A stretch of DNA of 64,000 bases, taken from the human T2T-CHM13v2.0 reference genome, Homo sapiens. This document shows positions 40,650 to 54,260 of the stretch, piece after piece. Below the pieces are notes generated by a model. That model saw nothing but the letters and a program-made list of their open reading frames with translations, ran no database searches and was not told the origin of the DNA. Where the stretch lies: the NCBI RefSeq assembly GCF_009914755.1, contig NC_060942.1; one strand, 5' to 3'. Numbering within the stretch: position 1 is the stretch's first letter; each line of letters begins with the position of its first letter. The translations under genes were made by a program, and so were the position numbers.

Positions 40650-41450
40650 TGCTGAAATAGGGTCCTGAATGGTTCAGCCACAGGACCAATTGGTTTGGAT
40701 AAAACAGGAGAGAGAAGCACCAGATCCTGATGTAGCTGAGGGGCCGCAGGGAAAAATCCTGTGACATCAGGGGGCTGCCTGCCACTAAAGGGAGCCCTAT
40801 GGCAAAGAGGAAAACAGGTCTCTGGGTGTGAGGGCCAGGCCTGGCAAGACGCCGCATGGGACGCAGAGCCAGACAGACAGAACGCGGACAGAACGCGAGC
40901 AGCTTTATGAAAGGCCGCTGTGTGCCGCACTGACTCTCCAGGGGGGCAGGAACCAGGCCTGGAGGCGACAGGGCCTGGAACAACAGGAGAAACACAGCCA
41001 GGAACTGAGCTTAGCTACAGCAGGGACAGACATCTTCAGGACACTACCACCACTGCCATCCCCACGAGGTCCCCGAGGCTCAGGACTGGACGCCAGAAGC
41101 GGCCTCGCAGAGGTCAGGGTCTCCAGCGTGCACCGGCTGGAAGCCCGGATCCCCACCCATGGCTGCCGCCTGTTGCTCCTCACATCAGCATCTAACTTTT
41201 TTAGTTTTGCCCATTTCACTTGTTTGGCAGCAGAGGCGAGTGGGAAAGGCAGTGTTCAGATTCCCACCTCTGTGGGACAGGAGGCCGGGCCGAGGAGGCT
41301 GGAACAAACGGGTGTTGAATCAGCCAACTTCAGCATGTGCCGTTCATGCCAAAGGCAGGCTTCTCCTTCGCACTGTAATCAATTAAAAACCTGTTACTGC
41401 TGCAAGGGCAGCGCCTTTTAATTGCGATTCCCAGTAAGAGGTACATGTAG
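40650..41450. promoter_or_regulatory. CpG-enriched promoter/enhancer-like segment
   Basis: ccaattgg near 40686, CTCF-like ccactaaagggagc near 40782, raised CpG density, taatcaatta at 41376. Confidence 0.4.
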
Positions 41451-43753
41451 CATCATGACCTGGTATACGTGCACACACCCCAATCCCCATGTAAATAATA
41501 CTGAGCCCAATGTTTCATGAAACAATGCCTGTACAGCCATGTACTCCAATATAGACAATTACATTTAATTTGTAAAAACTTGATTATAATTTCACAACCC
41601 ACGAATGGGTTGCAAGTAGTAAGTTGAGAAATGCTTTTCTAGGGCTTGTTTGGACTTCACATAAGGGATTCAAAGCAGTTTCTCTCTGTATCTTCAGAAT
41701 TCTGGCAGAATCAGGCCTCTGGATGTTCCAGGGAGTGTCCTGGTTCCCTGGCTCTTACTACAAGACAGCAGTTCAGATCCATGGAACGTCTCGACTGTTC
41801 TGCCTCACGGTGACTTGATCCATCAACTGAATAGGACAGCATCTGATTAGATTTTAGAGGCAAGAGCGTCGGCTCTTCCTACTTTCGAAGATTTTCTTTC
41901 GGCACCCACTTGGCCTCATGTTACCACCCCTTTCCTCTCTGGAGGAGCTGGAGAGAATGGCTGGATGGATGCATTTGGGGGAGTGGCTGAGCATGCGCGG
42001 TGAGATCCACTCTTCCGCGTGAGCTGCGTGCAGGGAGTTCTCTCCCACCCCCCACCTCTCTCCCCCACTCTACCTTGTCTCCCCAGGCAGCAGTGACTGT
42101 CTGTGGGGTCCATGGGGGCCTGCCTGCTGTCCAGGTCAGCCCTCTCTGCCTCTTATCAGTAATGAGCTGATGTTTGGGTTCTCATCTCTCACTTCTTACT
42201 CTAATTCCCAATTTATTCATGGGGAAGACAGAGGCTCATTTACTGGGACTTCTTCAGCAATGACACTGGTCTCAACTTATTGGCAGGGAAAATGAAGCAG
42301 AGGATCCCAGATCCCACAGTATGTTAATGGAAACCCAAGGCTAGAGGCCAGCGCCCCAGGCTTCCAGCCCCAGCACATCTCTTGAGTACTTTGCTGGTTC
42401 TGATGTGCCACAAATACTAAACAATAGCAATGTCCTTGAGGCAATCCTTGGAGACCATTGTCAGCACTTTGAGGTTTCTATCTCCATTGGGCTTGCAGCA
42501 GATGCAAGTGGAAAATGGTGATAAAAACCTACTGCCCTGTCCTGGTTTACCCAAGGTCCCAGAGCCACTCTAAAGCCATGAGGTGGTTACATACAGGCAT
42601 GGATCCATCTGTCCCAAGTGCTTGAAACAATGCCTGGTAGATGACAAGCCTTCAGTAAATATTGGTAGAATTGAATGAGATCATTAGACCATTAAAATAC
42701 TTGTTTTTAATCACTTCTAAGAGGTTTCTAGGGTGGCTTCAGGCATTTCTTCTTATTTTCAATCCCTACACCATCCTACAATGATTCCCCTTTTATGGAT
42801 GCGAAATTGAGGATAAGGTCAGTTGGCTGAGTCATGCAAGACCACACAGCTGGTAAGCCGCTGAGCTGTGATTCAGATCCCAGGCTGTTTGACTCCGAAA
42901 CCTGAAGGCTTTTATTTATAACGTTCTGATATTGCGGCCACAGACATCAAGCTGGCCATGAGAGAAATCACCATAAAGAGAGCCCTGCTCATGTAGGTTG
43001 CCTCTCCACGCATCAAGCAAGGGTGGCTTTGACTTTGGGAACTCTATTGGTACAAAGCAGTAAGCCCAGCCGTCGGCATGCAGAGCTGTTCCCATCTGTA
43101 CCAACGAAGCCCAAAGCTTCCGAACGTATTCCATATCCACGCTGCAGCGCCTGTCTGCAGCGCCTGTGAATGCCAAAAGGCACTTCGGGCACGACTTTTG
43201 TAAAAAGGAGTATTTTCCAAGTTCAAGTTGAATAGATATTTTGGAAAATACATTCTGTAGGGTTCTTCTGGGGGTCATTTTGAGAAAATCTCACATACCC
43301 TTTTCTGTGGTCCCTTTTATTTAGTAACACATGCACGCACAGACACACGCATGTGCACAATGATGGCGGGCTGATGTGGCAAGTGTGCCTGACGCTTTCT
43401 GTTGGGTGGTCTTGAGTGTTGATACTAGAGTTTATGCAGCAGCTGGGTAATTAATTGTTGGAGAAATTGCCAAGGATATTTTCAAACAGAAGCCTTCCCC
43501 CACCGGCCAGTTACTGAATCGGGTGTGAAGGACTGAAAGACAGCCTCCTCCTCTGGCTGAGATGAAGCCTGACCCTCGACTCCTTGAGGACTCAGAGTCC
43601 CCCAGCCCTGTCCTTGTGTTCTCAGGACAAGAATATGCGAGATGCTATGTAATGGTGTGGAGACTTTAGAGACACAAACTAGATGCAGGTATTCAAATTA
43701 AAGGCATGAAATTGACTACAGAAGCCAGCTCTATTTAAGTTCACATAACTAAC

Positions 43754-43892
43754 TAGGGGTTTTCAAACCTTAGGGTGTGTGAAGTCACTGTGAAGCTTGT
43801 TAAAATGGAGATTCCTGACTCCTACTCCCAGAGGGGTTCTGATTCAGTTGACCCGAGCTTCAGAAGTTTTAATTTTTAATAAGTAGCTCAGG
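43754..43892. mobile_element. MER5B-like fragment
   Basis: 'gttttcaaacctt..agcttgttaaaatggagattcctg..ttctgattcagt..ttttaataag'. Confidence 0.65.
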
Positions 43893-46800
43893 TTCACACC
43901 AGAATTCCACCTGTCTGGCCAACTGGGCATGTCAGAAGAGGCACAACAGGTATACACAGGGGTGAACTTCCTGAGCTTTGGGCTTCCTAAATCAGACACA
44001 TTACAACTTTATTTTAAGGAAAAAATGGAAAAATAACTTGAAAGGACCAAATGGAGAAATGGGTTGAAATTGTGGTTCATGAACATAATAAAGTATTGTG
44101 TGGCCAATAAAAATAACACAGGTACACTCATAATATGGAAACAAGAAAAAACATGCTCTCATGGTGATTACAGTGATGTGGGCAGATTATGGGGAGGTAA
44201 TAACAGAAATAACCTGATTGTTCTCAATAGTATTTAATTTCCTCTACTCAATTATTTTGTAAAAGTCTTCAGTACAAGCTCAGTATGAAAATATTGTGTG
44301 TTTTGCATTTTGCATTAATACTGGGCTCTGTAACAAGTAGAAAGAAGATGTAATTCCTATCTACAAGAAGCCAATGGCTATAAGATGAGCAAAATGTCAA
44401 GAAATCTAGAGGTGGTGTAGAAAAATTGCAGACTTTTTGGCCAGAAGATTTGTGTTTAAGTTTCAACCTTAGTACCAAAGTGGACAACCACTGGCAAATA
44501 TTTTAACCTCTCTTAGAGCCAGTTTTCACACCTTTCAAGTGAGAATAACAATAACTACTACCTTAGGAGTTGTGATAATGGTACATGAGGCTAATAAAAA
44601 TAAACATACCTTATAAGCTATAAAATGCTATTAAATATAAATGTGTTTTCCGCAAAGCAAAACAGTGAAATGTCAACTTAAGAAAACTTTCCCCTTTAAG
44701 GTTTTTTCACTTATGAGATTAGAAACCCATCTTTGGCTTGATTAATAGTGAGTTCTTGCAATCAAGCATCTCTGAGACTTGTGTGTGTCAGACAGCAGAG
44801 AGGATACGATGGCATCCCAGGGTCAATCAAGCACAACGTGCACTGTGGTCCTGGCATGCACTATCAACTGAAGCTGTGTCCACCAACAAGCCCATGCTTG
44901 TCTTTGTCTGTAGAGGGTGATGGAAAAGCCCATTGGGGAGGGATGGACACAGTCACCTGGAGTGTCCATTCACTTTCCTCCTCCCCAATGCCCTGCACAC
45001 AGATTGTGCATCCAGCTCTGGCTGTGGACCTGTGGTGTCGTGATGACCTGGGACAGAGAGCAGGAGGACGTTCCCTTTGGTGCCTCTCATTCCCTATGTG
45101 CTGGTTAGCACATCATTAGGCCTGATGGAAGGCTCTGCCAGGCCCTCCCCCACCGAGGGCCCCATCAACAGGTGAGTGGGGTCCATTTTGCTGGAAAGAC
45201 TCTGGAAGGCTGGAGAAGAGACTGAGTGCTCTCTCTCTCTCCTATGGGAAGGCAGTGAGCTAGTGCCCTCTTGGGAATGCAGTGGGAGAACTCACCAGAT
45301 GCTTCCAGCAAAGCCGGGAAGTGCTAGTGAATTACACGATGATTTCCACACTGTTTATCAAAGATCTTCTGCTCCAATATAAAGCTCCCAAATATGGTAT
45401 TTCATGATGTGGCTGAGATGTGGCCAAGTGTCCAAGACACATAAATATTTATGAAATAAGCAAGCAAATGCACTTGGAAATGCATTTCTGCCTCAGTATT
45501 AATGCGGTGGTCATTGGCATTGATTCTCAAAGTGAGGCCATTTTATGGATCATTCCCAGCAGGGACTAAGAAAACATATCAATGTCCAGAACTTTTAAGA
45601 TCCAGGAAGCACAGGGGGAGAGTAATATTTTCCAAGGGAAGGTAACATTTTTACACCCAGAGAGTCAGGAACCCCATTCAGTGCTGAGCACAGGAGAATT
45701 CAGAGGCATTAGCTTCTGTGAGACTTGGGTTCGAGTCCTAGCTTTGGTCCTCTCTGTGACTATGTGCAAAAACTCCACCTCTCTGAACTTCAGTTGCTTT
45801 GTCTATAAACGCTGTCCATGTCTCATGGGGTTATTGTGACGATTAGATGAGATAATATGTATAAAGTGTCTGGCCAATATCATGCACTCCTTAAATATTA
45901 GTTTTCCTTTTCCTTGAATTATTGTATTTGTTTTGAAAACCTTGGGTTCTACCAAATCTCACATTCCTTCCCCAGGACGTTCCTCTCAGTCCTGGTGTGT
46001 ATATGCAGTGAAAGTGAATCCACATGGTCTTCACTTGTGTCTACTAAAAACATCAAAATGTTATTCCAGAAGATTTGTTTGATGTTCAAAATACTAAAGC
46101 GGCAGCACTGAGTGGCATGCTCTGAAGATGCCTGTCTCGCTGGATTTTAAAGTGGCACCAGTCAATGCCTTTAGCATCCCTCCACTTACAGTGGTCCTAG
46201 AGATAACATGGGCTTATAAAATAGCAAAGCCTGGCACATGATTGCACTTTTTGCTGTAAAATGCTTTCACAAATATTTTCCCATTTAATCACAAAACAGC
46301 TCTGTGTGTGTGTGTGATCAATGCAATTGTTGTCCAGCCTTACAGATGGGTTTAAGTAGAATCTCAGAGGTTTCACGCCACTTGTCTAAAGGCAAAAAGC
46401 TGATAATTGGCAATAGTAGGTTTCAGATCATATTTTCAAAGGTAGAGCATCCCACAGCCACCTGGAGCCTAGAAATTAGAGGCTGTTCAACATGATTCAT
46501 CTCTCCCTTTGCCTTACTTTTTCTTGGTTTCCTATGGGAATTTCCACAGGGGTTTTAGCATTTAGAAAGATCTCGTGGATTCATTGCTCAATGAGCAAAG
46601 TCACTGAGGGCCGGGCTCAGTGAAAATTTTGCAGGCTGAATAATTAAAAAAAAATCTGGGAAGGATCACAAAATTGAGGGCCAAATGGGACCTTCAGAGG
46701 TGCTCTCATTCCTGGAGGCATTCAGGATTTCATTCCACAATTTTGATTGCAGTCCTGCTGTGTGCCGGGCTCTGTGCAGAATCATGACAGCCAGTGTCAA

Positions 46801-48155
46801 CCATGGTGGATGTAGTCCTAGTTGTCAGGACTTTAGGGCCAGTCTTCAGCCAGCCCTCTAAGTTCACAGGTGAAGGAAGAGACCTGAAGAAGGGAAATTA
46901 CCTTGCTCCAGGCCACGTGGCTGGTTAGAGGCAGATTCACACTCGTCCAACTCCGGCTAAGCTTCACCCCACTCCCACCAAGGCCACTGAATTTAGAAGA
47001 GAAAAGACACCCAACGCAACTCTTTCCTCTATGTAGCAGTGGGAAAAGTACAAACGCCCATCTTCCTGGAGAGCTGTCCCAAAGCTTTGGATTTTTCCTC
47101 TGATCGCTATGACATGGTTCATAGTGTCCACTTGATGGGTACTCGTGGAAGGAAAATCAGACGTGTTTCCATGGTCCTCACCTGGTGGCTAGGTCTGGGT
47201 CCCACTTGCTCTCAGCAAGTGGCCAATGCCACCCCTATGGTCCTATGGGGGCTGGGGAAGCCTCTCAGTGCGCACTCCCCGGCCACCTCTTCATACTTGG
47301 GAAGGTCCAGTGTGCCCTGAGCCCCATTGCTCCTGTCTCTGCTTGGGACCACTGCTTTCCAGGGGAGGAAGGCCAGCTCCAAGGAAAGTTCAGATTATTT
47401 TAGGTGGGGCCTCATAAACCCAGGAAACAGGAAAATAACCAAAAGAAAAAAAATCCCCCTGCACAGATGGGGGATTGGTCCTAAAACATCAGGCCCTGTT
47501 CTGTCTAAATCAAGACATCTGGTCACTTTTTTTCGGCAGGACAAAGACTCTTTTTTTTCCCAAGCCAGGATTTTATGTCTTTAATCTTTTCCAGAAGAAA
47601 AGAGTTCTCATTACGTCTGCATCTTATCACATCACTGTATATCATAAAGATGCCGTTATCGCCTCTTCCTTCTGATTAACTGGCCCTGAGTGATTCTAGC
47701 CAGTGTTATTAGCTGTGCTCTAAAAACAATGACACTAGTATCACCCAGCCATCAACAGAGGTCAGCTTCATAGGCACTGTTGAGTAATCCACAAGAATCT
47801 CTGCAAGCTTTTCATAATAAACAATGACGAGAACGGTTCTTTGTCCAAACCATGGCTAAGAGAGCCTTTCTGCGCAGATATGCTTTGGCACCTGCAACTG
47901 GAGTTTAAAAGCCTCCAGCAAGCTCAAGTCCAACATGTGGCCTCACTCGTTGGCTTGGTTTCCTGAGTCAGAACAGCAGAAGGGACTGGAGATGTAGCAC
48001 CTGGTGTCTTAGGTGGCCAAGCAGCAAGCAGGTGTTATCCCTTTATAAATTAACCATCCTTTGGAAAGGAGCTTGACAGAGAAGAGAGGTTTTGTCTCCA
48101 AATTTTAAATGTGGAAATAGAAACAGACATATGGATATTAGAATAACGTGCAAGG

Positions 48156-48451
48156 GGCCAGGCACAGTGGCTCATGCCTGTAATCCCAGCGCTTTGGGAT
48201 GCTGAGGTGGGAGGATTGCTTGAAGCCAGGAGTTCGAGACCAACCTGGGTAATAGCAAGACCCCATTTCTACAAAAAATAAAAATAAAAAAATTAACCAG
48301 GCATAGTGGTGTGCCCCTGTAGTCCCAGCTACTCAGGAGGCTGAGGTGGGAGCACATAAGTCCAGGAGCTTGAGGCTTCAGTGAGCTATGAGTGCACTTC
48401 TACACTCCAGCCTGGGTGACAGGGCTAGATCCTGTCTCTAAATAACAAAAA
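48156..48451 (+). mobile_element. AluJ
   Basis: J-type 'ggaggattgcttgaagccagg'; TSD agaataacgtgcaag / agaatggcatgcaag. Confidence 0.9.
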
Positions 48452-48607
48452 AGAATGGCATGCAAGAATGACCATGATAGCAGTGATGACTATGATGAGA
48501 ACGATGTGCTGACAATGCCAGTCACTCATTTCACAGTAGTGCCCTGATGTGGGAAGTACAGGATGGACGCTTGGGGAGCAGAGCACAGCGTAACTGACCC
48601 CATGGTC

Positions 48608-48775
48608 AGTAGTTTTCAAACATGGCTCCCTGTTAGACTCACCTGGTCTGGCCAGCCTACCCACCCCCAGCACCCCAGGGAGTCTGATTTAATTGTTCTG
48701 GGTGAGAATGGGGCCTGGGCATTGGTACTGAAACTCTCCAGGAGACCTTCCTTTGCAGCCAGGGTGGAGAACCTC
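48608..48775. mobile_element. MER5-family fragment
   Basis: 'cagtagttttcaaac..tctgatttaattgttctggg..ggcctgggcattgg..gcagccagggtggagaacc'. Confidence 0.6.
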
Positions 48776-48881
48776 TCCCTTTGATGAAAATAACCCAATC
48801 AGGTGGGATCAGGAAGGAACGCAACAGTCAGTGCCTTTTCAGCTCCTTCAAGAATAGGCAAGGTGAAAAGCGAGAAAGAGG

Positions 48882-49404
48882 TATATTAGTCAGGGTTCTC
48901 TAGAGGGACAGAACTAATAGGATATATATGTATATATATACACACACGCATATATATACACAGACACACATATATATACACACACATATATGTATACACA
49001 CACACACACACGCATATATATGTGAGTTTAGCAAGTAGTATTAACTCCCATGATCACAAGGTCCACAATAGGCCATCTGCAAGCTGAGGAGCAAAGAAGC
49101 CAGTCCGAGTCCCAAAACTGAACTCGGAGTCCGATGTTTGAGGGCAGGAAGCATCCAGCAGGGAGAAAGACGTAGGCTGGAAGGCTAAGCCAGTCTGGCC
49201 TTTGCACATTTTTCTGCCAGCTTTATATCCTGGCTGGACAGGCAGCTGATTAGATGGTGCCCACCCAGATTGAGGGTGGATCTGCCTTTTCCAGCCCACT
49301 GACTCAAATGTTAATCTCCTTTGGCAACCCTCGAAGACACACCCAGGATCAATACTTTGCCTCCTTCGATCCAATCAAGTTGACACTTGGTATTAACCAT
49401 CACA
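48882..49404 (-). mobile_element. MLT2A-type ERVL solo LTR with internal (TA/CA)n
   Basis: 'tattagtcagggttctctagagggacagaactaatagg'...'ccaatcaagttgacac..tattaaccatcaca'. Confidence 0.9.
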
Positions 49405-51171
49405 GATGGTCTAGGAGAAGGGAACAGGAGTTGGCGTGAGGCCTAGAGGTGAGGGACAGATGCCTACTAGGAGGAGCTGGGGCCATGGTGCAGGGTAGGA
49501 GCATTGCAGCTGAGTCGGGACAGGGTGAGAGTGGAGATGGAGGAGCAGGTAGGGGAGGGGTGGGGAGGGCTTTGTAGGACAAGCTGCAGGGTCTGCATGT
49601 CCTCCTGAGAGCTAAGGGAAGCCACTTTGGTGGCATTTCGCAGGGTAGATGGCATCAGATACATATATAAGTAAATAAATAACATGATTGTGGCTGCAAT
49701 AGGGAGAACGGATTGGAGAGCCACAAGGCTGGAGGCCAGAGGCCAGGGAGGAGGCTGCGCTTTAACCCGGGTGAGAGGGGATGGTGGCCTGGGCAGAGGG
49801 AATGGCTGCAGAGAGGGATTCACATTATACTAGGAGCCGGAACTGCCATTTCACAAGGAATTGATATGGAAGGTGAGAGGAGGAGTCAGCGTTTCCCAGG
49901 TTTTCCTGCCTTTCTCAGGAAACGCAGTGCCCCTGCGACTCCACACTCACCACCCCCTCACACTCCTTGTGGCCCTCCCCCTGCGCTAATCTCCTGCTAC
50001 TCCGAGTCCACCAAATCCTAGGAGCAGCAAGGCTCTCTCCTGAGAAGCGATCCCCTTCCAGAAGATCGCAGCTGGGTGAGTCCCGTGTAGGTCTCCTCTA
50101 GGACTATGTGCCTTTTAATCCAGGAGCTCCACCATCTTCCCATTTACTTCGAGAGGGCCATAGCACACAGAGGTGCTGGCAGGGCCAGGCCTCTCCCCGC
50201 ATCACCAGCGGTGACTCTACCTCCTTCCAAGCTTCAGGATGCCCCTCCCTTCCACTAGCCCACCCGCCCTGCCTTCCATTCATCCGGCGCTGGCTCTGTG
50301 GGAACTGTGGCTGAAGTCATGTGTGCAAAAGCATACTCTCTAGGAGAGTACACAGAATTCACAGGCCACACTGAAGCCTTGCTTCATTTGACTGCTCCTG
50401 GGACCCCATCACTGTGCTGACTGGGATCCTGAGCCTGAGCCCGCTGGTCCTCGTCAGGGGTGATTTCCTGCTAGGTTTGCTTGCCCTGGGATTCACGTCC
50501 CTCAGCTTCCCTGCCTGGACTACCACTTCTTAGCGTTGACATCCTGCTGTTCCTGCAAAATCTCTTTGGTTTAGGAGATACTAAGCCAATTCTGTCTCAG
50601 TGAAAGTTTGTCAGGAGCTGAGTGATCTCTGTCAAAAGTCAATCATGACTGGGCAGAGGTAGATACGAGGGGAGGACGGGAAATGACACAGGGGAGGAAG
50701 CAGGCTCCGGGAATTAGGCCGGTCAGGGTCACACAACAATAATACCTTCCCTTTGCTACTTGTTTATTCTATGTGCCTAAAGAAGGTCTGCAGGCACAAG
50801 CCTCAATTCTAAGTCAAAGCACATACAGCAGCACAGCCAGTGCGGTGAAGTCCCCACGGCTCCTCGCGGCTGCCTGATCCCCATCCCATGGACATGCAGC
50901 CCATATGTGTTCGCTCCACAGAGATGAGCTAGCAGAGCAGGACAAAATCACACCTGCCCCCTTGGGCCCATCATTGCAGCAGACACCAGAAATAGTGGTT
51001 TGGTATTGCACAATTTGTACATTTCACGATGAGCAAATGGGATTTTAGGTGATCTTGACTTTCCTTTTTCTTCTTTTCTGTGTTGTTTGAATGTGTTATC
51101 TTTATAATCATAAGAAAAACAAAGCTGTATGTTGAAGAGAAATTTGGAAGGCATTGTCTAAAGAGACGTGC

Positions 51172-51500
51172 AGTAAAAAAGAATAGAATAATGTCTTTTG
51201 CAGCAACTTGGATGGAACCGGAGGCCATTAGTCTAAGTGAAGTAACTCAGGAATGGAAAACCAAATACTACATGTTCTCACTTATAAGTGGGAGCTAAGC
51301 TATGCGAACATAAAGACAAACAGAATGGTACAATGGACACTGGAGACTCAGAACTGGGGAGAGGAAAGTGGGGTGAGGGTTGAAAAACTACATACTGTAT
51401 ACGATATATACTACTCAGGTGATAGGTGCAGACCTCACCAGTATACAATTAATCCATGTAGCCCAAAACTATTTGTACCCCTAAGGCTACACAAAAAGAA
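51172..51500 (+). mobile_element. L1PB-type 3' end
   Basis: 'gtcttttgcagcaacttggatggaac.ggaggccatta' (SFAATWME, ORF2 C-terminus), 'catgttctcacttataagtgggagctaa'. Confidence 0.9.
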
Positions 51501-52839
51501 ATGAGTGAGTAATTTTGTTCAAACTAAAAGCTTACCTAGTTGGCTAAGCCTAACAGAGAAATGCTACTATTGAGCCTCAGAGAAGCTTGGGGGCCACCGC
51601 GACCACGTGTGCAGCCTGGAGAACCGAGCTGGACTGAGTTTTGCTGGGAGTGACAGTGAAATGTAAGTAGAAAAAAAAATCAAGTTATTGGGGAACTTGC
51701 CCACAAGGGCCATGGAAGGACTCCTTGGGTGAACAGAGCGAACTCTAAGACCCTGTCTCTGGGAGGCAGGTGACACCGAACACCTTTGAGGCTGGTGTAC
51801 TTCGTCTGCTGCAGCCCACTGTCCAGCCGTCTTGCCTCAGTGAAATGAGGCAAGTGAAAGAAAATGCTCAGAAAAGCATCTGGGCATCTCAAATAGATGG
51901 TCCAGGCCCTTGGCCTCAAAGATTTTGAATGAATTCTGAGCCTTTTCTCTTCCATGTCATCCTGGTCTGGGACAGGCCATCGATGCCTAACAGCGCCTGC
52001 TGCTCAGGGCCATGGATGTGTTGACGTTGCTGTCATGCCCCATCTGTGGCCATCAGGGAACCGTCAGCATGCTGCCCCGCAGAGCCAGTCCATGGACGCA
52101 CCGTGGCCATGCTTGTGGCCTAAGGGCATCTTGGGAGAGCGGCTCCACAGTTGTTTGTTTCCTCCCCCAGGTGCGCATCAGCAGGGCCTGAGCCCGGGGC
52201 CAGCAAGCATGGCAGGCTCTTGGTAGTGTCCTTAGTGCACACAGTCATCTTCCCTCGTGAGTCTGACCCATTTCTTTTAGCCATAGATGTTTACGTTGGT
52301 CTTTTGTTCTTTAGGATGAGTTTTCTCTTGTTTCCTGGGCAACTTAGGCTTAGATAGGCCTACTCCATCAGCCTGTTCTCTCTGGGGCCAGAGATACCTA
52401 GGCCTCAGGAGTGACACAATTCAGGGATCCAGGTGGGATGCCTGCCACGCCATAGTGTCACAACCAGCATCCTATGTGCAGCATTCAGGGATTATCTGAA
52501 AAACAGAAGGATCCACATCATAGAGTTGTTGTAAGGATAAAATGTGCTATCTTGAAGGGCCTCATGCAATGCAGTGCACGTTTCAATTGCTTAGTACATG
52601 GTAGCCACACCATCATACACCACTCATTTTGGATGACAGCATTGGTGGACTGTGTGGGTGGAGGTCTCTGAGTTCTGAGTGGCACCTACGCCCCACACCT
52701 CCTGCCACCTTCTCGGGCTCACTCAACTCTCATGGCACTTGATGAAGAGACTGCAGAATGCTCAGGCTGGCTGGTGCAGCAGGATTAGGTGTGGCTTCAA
52801 CTAGGCTGCTAACTTTGGACAATGCTTTGCATTTGTAAG

Positions 52840-53229
52840 TGTAAGGGAGGGAAAACTTTCCCTTTAGTGAGATCTAGAAGCTTATATATGCTCTTCGTAG
52901 GGGACAGGGAAGGAGAATGGAGACAACTTAGGGAAGGGTAAATGACTTTAACTCTTTGTCTGTGGCAAAGTCTGGCTGGCTGGCATGAACCTCCAGTTTC
53001 CTCTGCTGTGCTTTCAGTTCCCTCTTGCCTGGTGGATGCCTGGGGAGGGGTTCATGACATCTGAGTTCCTTTGGAAGATCTGTCTTTGGGTAGAAAGGAG
53101 GAGCTCAGAGAAAGCCCCTTCCTGCATTTGCTATTCCCCAAGTACCCTCGGTTTGAAGAAATCGCCAAGAGTGATTTCAATATGCCATCAGAGTGGTGTA
53201 TTTTGGGGTGGCATTTCTAAACTCTTTTA
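52840..53229 (-). mobile_element. ERV1 LTR (MER31/MER67-like)
   Basis: 'tgtaagggagggaaaact'...'atatgcca..gtattttggggtggcatttct'; apparent 4-bp TSD taag. Confidence 0.55.
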
Positions 53230-54133
53230 TAAGCTACACTGCATACAAATAGAACATTTGGAAAAGTCACTTCCTGTGACTGTGCAAAAAGGCTTTAAAT
53301 TGAGAATTGTTGTCTGATTAATCATCACATGTGCTGTGAGAAATGGCGTGGAACCACTTTATGGGGGAAATATGTCTTTTTAGAGCAAATATCTGAAGAC
53401 AGAGAAATGTGAAGATTCAAAGTGATCATTCTCAGCTGTTCCCTGGCCATCAGCCAATATTGCTTTTATTTCCTCCTTTTACTGGAAACGGCTACTCCTA
53501 CCTTCATAGAATTTAGAAGTCCAGAGCTGGAATGGGCAAGAACATTCTCAGGGGAGCAGTGAGGCCTGAGCCTGGCCTGAGATGCATCTAGGATGAGACA
53601 GCTCACAGCTTGTGGCTCAGGACCACTGCAAGGGGGAGGGAAGGTGGGTGACATGGACAGTTCTATAAGGCAGGTCTTTCTCTGAGGACTTTCCATTTCC
53701 TCTGTCCTTCCACCAAGGCTCAGTTGGGTGGTGAATTAAGTTAACTGGTCATTAAGATGAAAGAGGGAGGAGGAAGTTCAGAGCAGGGCTTGTTCTCCTT
53801 CCTGGAAAATAGCCTTGAGCTGTGGTTTGAAACAAGAGTTGCTCTTTAAGGATTAGTTGTATTTTCAAAAACCACATCAGATGGAAAACCCAGAGTCACA
53901 GAAACTCCGGGCTTGGCTTTGATTTGGAAGATGTTGCAATGATCTGAACCAGCAGTGACCTCAGAGGTGGTGGCCCTGGAAGGTATTGGGTCTCACCTGA
54001 GCTTCCACCTTTAGTTAAGGGCATGGCCTGGCTCCTGTCTACAGAGCAGTTAAACATTGCAATCATGGAGCCAAAAGCTCACAAACCGGAGTGATTCATA
54101 GCACTGTAAGGACAGCTTACAATCCTTTCCTCA

Positions 54134-54260
54134 GGCAAAGGTTTCGTGATGAAGACACTAAAAGCAATTGCAACAAAAGCAATCCTCACCACCACTTGAT
54201 ATTTTCTTTCTTTTTTTTGGATAGTAGCCGTCCTAATGTTGTGAGGTGGTGTCTCACTGT
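54134..54260. mobile_element. Two short L1 ORF2 pieces joined in opposite orientation
   Basis: Plus strand 'ggcaaaggtttcgtgatgaagacactaaaagcaattgcaacaaaagcaa', then antisense 'gatagtagccgtcctaatg..tgtgaggtggtgtctcactgt'. Confidence 0.7.

Noticed and set aside
45388-45397. CArG box CCAAATATGG (another at 42789)
   Set aside because: Several such 10-mers are expected by chance in 64 kb; one lies in a MIR
49552-49569. G-quadruplex-like ggggaggggtggggaggg
   Set aside because: Isolated common motif at the edge of an L2-like relic, with no supporting context
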